Positions 60,128 to 64,000 of a stretch of DNA of 64,000 nucleotides are shown one piece after another (the stretch's first letter is position 1; every line of letters starts with the position of its first letter). The DNA is from Planctomycetota bacterium (GTDB lineage: Bacteria > Planctomycetota > SZUA-567), in contig JAGUZQ010000032.1 of the NCBI GenBank assembly GCA_020060765.1, positions 5,750 to 69,749 of the forward strand. The letters are read 5' to 3'. Under the pieces are notes generated by a model, which was not told where the DNA came from, did no database searches, and saw only the letters and a list, made by a program, of their open reading frames with translations. The position numbers were made by a program, and so were the translations under genes.

Positions 60128-61243
60128 TCAGAAATGCAATTCGCCCAGGCGGTTGATAGCGGCGGGGGAAAAGCCATAGGCTTCGAAAATTTCCAGATTA
60201 ACGTCTTGCAGCAGGCGGTTGCGCTGACCGCGCGCGATAGGACTGGCGGGATTGGCGCCCAGCCTGCCCAGTTCCCGTGCCGCCGCCGACAGTCTGTCCT
60301 GCAAACTCTTGGACGGCAGTATCACCGGCACCGCTTCCAGATCGACGCGCCGCAGATATGCGCCCGCGGCGGCGGAAGTGATGGGGCGGATACGGTTGAA
60401 ATAGAAATCCATCAAACGGCTGTTAAGCAGGCAGGCGAGATAACCGCATTGCAAGCCGCGCGCGGGTATGATCGAATACAAATCTGATGAAATCGGCGAA
60501 CGTGTGGTATCAACCGCAGCGATTATCGGCGGCGCGGTGCGATGCAACACCACTTTTTCCGGCTGGTCATATTCCTCCAGCGACGGCACGCGGAACATGC
60601 CCCGCTTGTCGAAGAAAAGATATTGCTGTGATTCGGTCACGCGGAAAGCCTGCACGTTTTCCCCGTGCAACGTCGCCAGCCATTCCAACCCCGGCGAAGC
60701 AGCGCGGCGGTAATGCGAGCCACGCACTGAGACTCCGCTGAAAATCTCCGCCATGTCGCCCAGCTTGCCACCCTTTTCCCTGATTTCACTATACGCCTCT
60801 TTCAATTCTTCCGGCACCCCGCCAAGATTGTCGCCAGATTCTGAAGATTCGCGATTTACCAGGTTGGCGATTTTCGATAGTAGCATCTCCACCCGGAAAG
60901 GCTTGGCCAGATAAGCGTCTGCCCCGGCGCTGAAAATTCTTTCCGCCACGGCAAGATTGCCGGAAGTTGACAGCACGAGGATTGGGATGTGCAAAGTGCT
61001 GTCGGCGGAACGGAACCGGCGGCAGAATTCTTCCGATTCCACTTCACCGTTCAAATCCAGCACTACTGCGTCGGGCTGGCGATAGCGCGCGGCGCGCAAG
61101 CCGTCCTCACTGTTTTCAGCTTCAAAGACGGTGTAGCCGCTCCGACCGAAACTCTGTCGCAGGGCTTTGCGCAATTTTTCGTGTGAATCAACCAGCAACA
61201 CGCTTGCCACCATTCGTCTCTCCCGAACCATAAGATTGTCCAC
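60128..61243 (-). CDS. response-regulator receiver fused to a TaqI_C-like DNA target-recognition domain
   Basis: REC: VLLVDS, acceptor AVVLDLNG, LVLST, AKPF. C-terminal half: LGDMAEIFSGVSVRG..YSIIP..GYLACLLNSRLMDFYFN..LEAVPVILP..IFEAYGFSP, which is the pattern of type IIG/BREX methylase specificity domains. Confidence 0.8.
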   Translation of the reverse strand: MDNLMVRERRMVASVLLVDSHEKLRKALRQSFGRSGYTVFEAENSEDGLRAARYRQPDAVVLDLNGEVESEEFCRRFRSADSTLHIPILVLSTSGNLAVAERIFSAGADAYLAKPFRVEMLLSKIANLVNRESSESGDNLGGVPEELKEAYSEIREKGGKLGDMAEIFSGVSVRGSHYRRAASPGLEWLATLHGENVQAFRVTESQQYLFFDKRGMFRVPSLEEYDQPEKVVLHRTAPPIIAAVDTTRSPISSDLYSIIPARGLQCGYLACLLNSRLMDFYFNRIRPITSAAAGAYLRRVDLEAVPVILPSKSLQDRLSAAARELGRLGANPASPIARGQRNRLLQDVNLEIFEAYGFSPAAINRLGELHF

Positions 61244-61306
61244 TTATATTATCGGTCACACTTAACAGATTCTTCAGGTTTTGTCCGATAAGACAGTTTC
61301 TTTCTC

Positions 61307-61342
61307 TTGACAAAGGTCTAATAGATTGTACACTTAAAGTGT
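61307..61342 (+). promoter_or_regulatory. promoter plus palindromic operator of the vapBC-like operon
   Basis: TTGACA (61307-61312), 16-nt spacer, TACACT (61329-61334). The perfect palindrome ACACTT-A-AAGTGT (61330-61342) overlaps the -10. Confidence 0.45.
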
Positions 61343-61358
61343 TCACTTGGAGAAAACA

Positions 61359-61595
61359 ATGAAAGCATCAATCTTGGATTTGCGCCGGAAAATGGGAGAT
61401 GTGCTTCGCTCCCTGGAGCGGGGGGAGCGAGTAACTATTCTTCATAGAGGCAAGGAAAAAGGAATTCTGATTCCTGCCACAGAAAAGAAATCTGTTTCTG
61501 TGCGGTCTCATGCGGCTTTTGGGATGTGGGCTGAACGAGATGATCTTTCCGATGTGGCTGCATATGTGCGATCATTGCGCCAAAGGCGTTTCTAA
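61359..61595 (+). CDS. type II antitoxin (Phd/YefM-like)
   Basis: GGAG RBS. MKASILDLRRKMGDVLRSLERGERVTILHRGKEKGILIP is typical of a Phd/YefM N-terminus. TAATG overlap with the toxin gene. Confidence 0.75.
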   Translation: MKASILDLRRKMGDVLRSLERGERVTILHRGKEKGILIPATEKKSVSVRSHAAFGMWAERDDLSDVAAYVRSLRQRRF

Positions 61596-61972
61596 TGCTG
61601 TTCGATACTGACATTCTTATCTGGTGCCTGCGCGGCAACGAAAATGCGGCGAAAGTTATCAATGATTTTGATACTCGCGCGCTTTCTATTGTAACTTATA
61701 TGGAACTTCTGCAAGGTGCGCGAGATAAGAGGGAAATGAAAACTCTCCGTGGTTTTCTTTCCGAATTGGGTTTTACTGTCTTTCCCTTGACAGAGAATAT
61801 CAGTCACCGCGCCTCCATTTATCTGGAAGAATATTGTCTTAAAATTGATTTGGGTATTGCCGACGCGCTGATCGCTGCCACGGCTGTTGAAAACGGGCTG
61901 ATCCTTTTTACCGGCAACGAAAAGCATTATAAACTGATAAATGACCTGGAAGTTAAAATCTTCAAACCGTGA
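61595..61972 (+). CDS. vapC: PIN-domain toxin VapC
   Basis: MLFDTDILIW (first acidic residue), later E and D (ADALIAATA) and a C-terminal N/D. 125 aa. Confidence 0.85.
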   Translation: MLFDTDILIWCLRGNENAAKVINDFDTRALSIVTYMELLQGARDKREMKTLRGFLSELGFTVFPLTENISHRASIYLEEYCLKIDLGIADALIAATAVENGLILFTGNEKHYKLINDLEVKIFKP

Positions 61973-61974
61973 AT

Positions 61975-63021
61975 TTATGACAGGTGCTCGCGGATATAGC
62001 GCGCGCGCACCAAGTCGCGTTCTTCCGGCGGGAGTTCCTTGCCTTCCAGTTTCTGTAGGTGGGCTGGTTGGATATAAAGAAAAATCGTATTCAGAGTTTT
62101 CAGTTCCAGTTCCGGCAGCATTCCCAATTGCGCCCCCAGCCGCACGGAAGAAAGGTGGCGCATGGTCTCGTCGGAACTGATCAGGCGTGCGTTTTTCAAG
62201 GTCGAGTAGGCGCGCCAGACCTTGTCTTCCAATTTCATCGGTTCCCGCCCCAGCAGGCGTTCGCGCGCTTTTTTCTCGTAATTGACAATACCTTCTATCA
62301 CCGCCTTCAAATCGGCGAGAATGTCTTCCTCGCTGCGGCCGATGGTGATCTGGTTGGAAATCTGGTAAAATTCCCCGTGCGCCTCGGTGCCTTCCCCATA
62401 CAACCCGCGCACCGCCAGCCGCAAGTCGTGCACCGCGTTAAACGCTTTTTCAATATGCCCTGACATCACCAGCGCGGGCAGATGCACCATCACCGACACC
62501 CTCATGCCAGTGCCGACGTTGGTGGGGCAGGCGGTGAGATAACCAAATTCTTCGTCAAAGGCGTAATCCAGTTTTTTCGCCAGTTCGTCATCGATGGAAC
62601 TGAGCTGCTCGTAGGCGTCTTCCAGTTGCAAGCCGCTGCGCAGCGATTGCAACCGCAGGTGGTCTTCCTCGTTGACCATGATGGAAAGGGTTTCCGGTTC
62701 GTTAACCACTACTCCGCGTGCGCCGGCCGATTCTTCCTGTTCGCGGCTGATCAGGTGCCGCTCCAACAGCAGATGCCGCTCCAGTTCGGTCAGGCTTTCC
62801 AGATCGAACCAACACAATTCCCGAGCGTAGGAAGTCGAGAGAACCGCTTCCTTGACAAGGTCAGCGACGTTTTCCTTTTCTTCGGAAGAAATGTGGCTTT
62901 CGAAGCGGAATGAAAACAGGTTCCGCGCCAGCCGCACCCGCGAGGATATTACTATTCCGCATTCCGGGCCGTCGGCCCTGAGCCATTCGCCTGAGCTTTT
63001 TACCAATTCCTCAAATTTCAT
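61975..63021 (-). CDS. mcsB: protein arginine kinase (ATP:guanido phosphotransferase)
   Basis: LTACPTNVGTGMRVSVMVHLPAL and EGTEAHGEFYQISNQ. Confidence 0.9.
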   Translation of the reverse strand: MKFEELVKSSGEWLRADGPECGIVISSRVRLARNLFSFRFESHISSEEKENVADLVKEAVLSTSYARELCWFDLESLTELERHLLLERHLISREQEESAGARGVVVNEPETLSIMVNEEDHLRLQSLRSGLQLEDAYEQLSSIDDELAKKLDYAFDEEFGYLTACPTNVGTGMRVSVMVHLPALVMSGHIEKAFNAVHDLRLAVRGLYGEGTEAHGEFYQISNQITIGRSEEDILADLKAVIEGIVNYEKKARERLLGREPMKLEDKVWRAYSTLKNARLISSDETMRHLSSVRLGAQLGMLPELELKTLNTIFLYIQPAHLQKLEGKELPPEERDLVRARYIREHLS

Positions 63022-63031
63022 GAAGTTTGCC

Positions 63032-63556
63032 TTATTTTTCAGCTTTGATTTTTTCGCTTAGTTCACTCAAACGGTCGCGCAGTTCCGCCGCCAGTTCATA
63101 GGCTTCGTTATCGATGGCGTTGCGCAGCTCCCGGCGACAGACAATTATTTCATTTCTCAGCTTGGGATCGATGCCCTTGCCGGGCGGAGTCTTCCCGGCG
63201 TGATGCGCCGCGCCAGCGTGAATGTCAGCCAGCAGTCCTCTCAACCTTGGCCGGAAAGAATCGTAATCGCCGGGACAGCCAAAACGCCCTCCTTTGCGGA
63301 ATTCGCGCCAGGAAATGCCGCAGGAATTGCAGACTATGTCTTCTTCGCGCGGTTTCTTTTCCTTTTTCGGTTCGTTTTTCACCACGCTGGAAAAAATCTG
63401 CGGCAGATTCACTGACAGCGCCTGGTTGGTGGAAAATCCTTTGGTCTGCGCGCACTGGTCGCACATATGCACTTCTTTTTTGACATTGTTGTGTATGTCG
63501 GTCAAGTGAATCGTAGCCTGACGCTTTTTGCAGAATTCACAGATGTACATGGTCAA
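63032..63556 (-). CDS. mcsA: McsA-like protein (zinc-finger N-terminus, UVR motif)
   Basis: CEFC..CDQC and CNSC..C pairs. C-terminal UVR helix ELRNAIDNEAYELAAELRDRL. Directly upstream of mcsB. Confidence 0.8.
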   Translation of the reverse strand: MTMYICEFCKKRQATIHLTDIHNNVKKEVHMCDQCAQTKGFSTNQALSVNLPQIFSSVVKNEPKKEKKPREEDIVCNSCGISWREFRKGGRFGCPGDYDSFRPRLRGLLADIHAGAAHHAGKTPPGKGIDPKLRNEIIVCRRELRNAIDNEAYELAAELRDRLSELSEKIKAEK

Positions 63557-63567
63557 TCTTTCTGTTC

Positions 63568-63672
63568 AGGGACTAGGGGACTAAGGATCTAGGGGATTAA
63601 GAAAAGGCTTTGTGGCACTGAAAATCATTGCTCAGTGCCTTAGTCCCCTAGTCCCTTAGAGCCTTAGTCCCT
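63568..63672. repeat. inverted array of GGGACTAA-type 8-mers forming a long hairpin (MITE-like)
   Basis: GGGACTAGGGGACTAAGG (63569-63586) is the exact reverse complement of CCTTAGTCCCCTAGTCCC (63638-63655). Each arm carries about four degenerate 8-mer units. Confidence 0.75.
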
Positions 63673-63676
63673 CCAA

Positions 63677-64000
63677 TCAATGATAACTTTCCTCATCGCC
63701 CGGAAACAGGCCTGTTCTGACATCGCTGGCGTACTTTTCCGCCGCCTGCCGGATTACCTGTGACAAGTCCGCGTATTTGCGGACAAATTTTGGCATCTTT
63801 CTATCATACAACCCCAGCAAATCGTTTGCCACTAATACCTGCCCATCGCAATACATTCCCGCGCCGATACCGATGGTTTTACAGGTGGTTTCGTCGGTTA
63901 TACGCCGCGCCAATGACAAAGGGACGCATTCCAGTACTATCGCCGGAATGCCAAGCCTGTCCAAATTCTTCGCTTCCTCCAGTACCCTTTCGGCATCTTC
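63677..64000 (-). CDS. panB: 3-methyl-2-oxobutanoate hydroxymethyltransferase, N-terminal part outside window
   Basis: The frame is open to the window edge. ..LGIPAIVLECVP..IGIGAG..CDGQVLV..DLLG.. matches the PanB C-terminal half. Confidence 0.85.
   Translation of the reverse strand, partial: EDAERVLEEAKNLDRLGIPAIVLECVPLSLARRITDETTCKTIGIGAGMYCDGQVLVANDLLGLYDRKMPKFVRKYADLSQVIRQAAEKYASDVRTGLFPGDEESYH

Noticed and set aside
63568-63672. Possible CRISPR-like array, because of the tandem 8-mers (also at 46191-46224)
   Set aside because: The units are only 8-9 nt, directly abutting with no spacers, and arranged as inverted arms. No cas genes are in the window. This is not a CRISPR array.

Overview
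This window is 64 kb of a GC-rich bacterial chromosome. RBSs are mostly GGAGG-type and many genes share ATGA/TGATG stop-start overlaps. I support about 56 protein-coding genes and found no rRNA, tRNA, CRISPR array, integrase or transposase. Most of the window is housekeeping: rfbD plus a sugar-nucleotide epimerase, two phosphohexomutases, dus, bioD, a TrmH-type methyltransferase, citrate synthase, the overlapping dut-uppP-ftsK string, queA, accB-accC-pepP, mcsA-mcsB and a panB fragment. Many secreted TPR/HEAT proteins, a sulfatase and stand-alone McsAB weakly suggest a PVC-group organism (Lentisphaerota, Kiritimatiellota or Verrucomicrobiota); this is inference only. The best candidate for an undescribed system is an AT-richer ~2.6 kb insertion between dut and an SGNH hydrolase gene. 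It carries an autonomous, translationally coupled pair with its own near-consensus promoter: an ABC-type AAA ATPase and a 186-aa DUF4276-like (TOPRIM-like) protein. That is the OLD/PARIS/Gabija style of phage-defence logic. Other points worth a second look:
- a response-regulator receiver fused to a TaqI_C-like DNA target-recognition domain with no methyltransferase, next to a vapBC module
- a periplasmic-domain/RDD/Maf triple fusion
- two paralogous three-gene ABC modules, each with a large signal-anchored accessory protein
- a duplicated DUF3857-transglutaminase giant protein whose second catalytic site is degenerate
- an FHA plus degenerate-PilZ protein
- an AT-rich orphan lipoprotein gene
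- a family of intergenic palindromic/MITE-like repeats, including a 34-nt perfect repeat at two distant loci and a perfect 28-bp inverted repeat

All family assignments come from motif recognition by eye. No searches were run.
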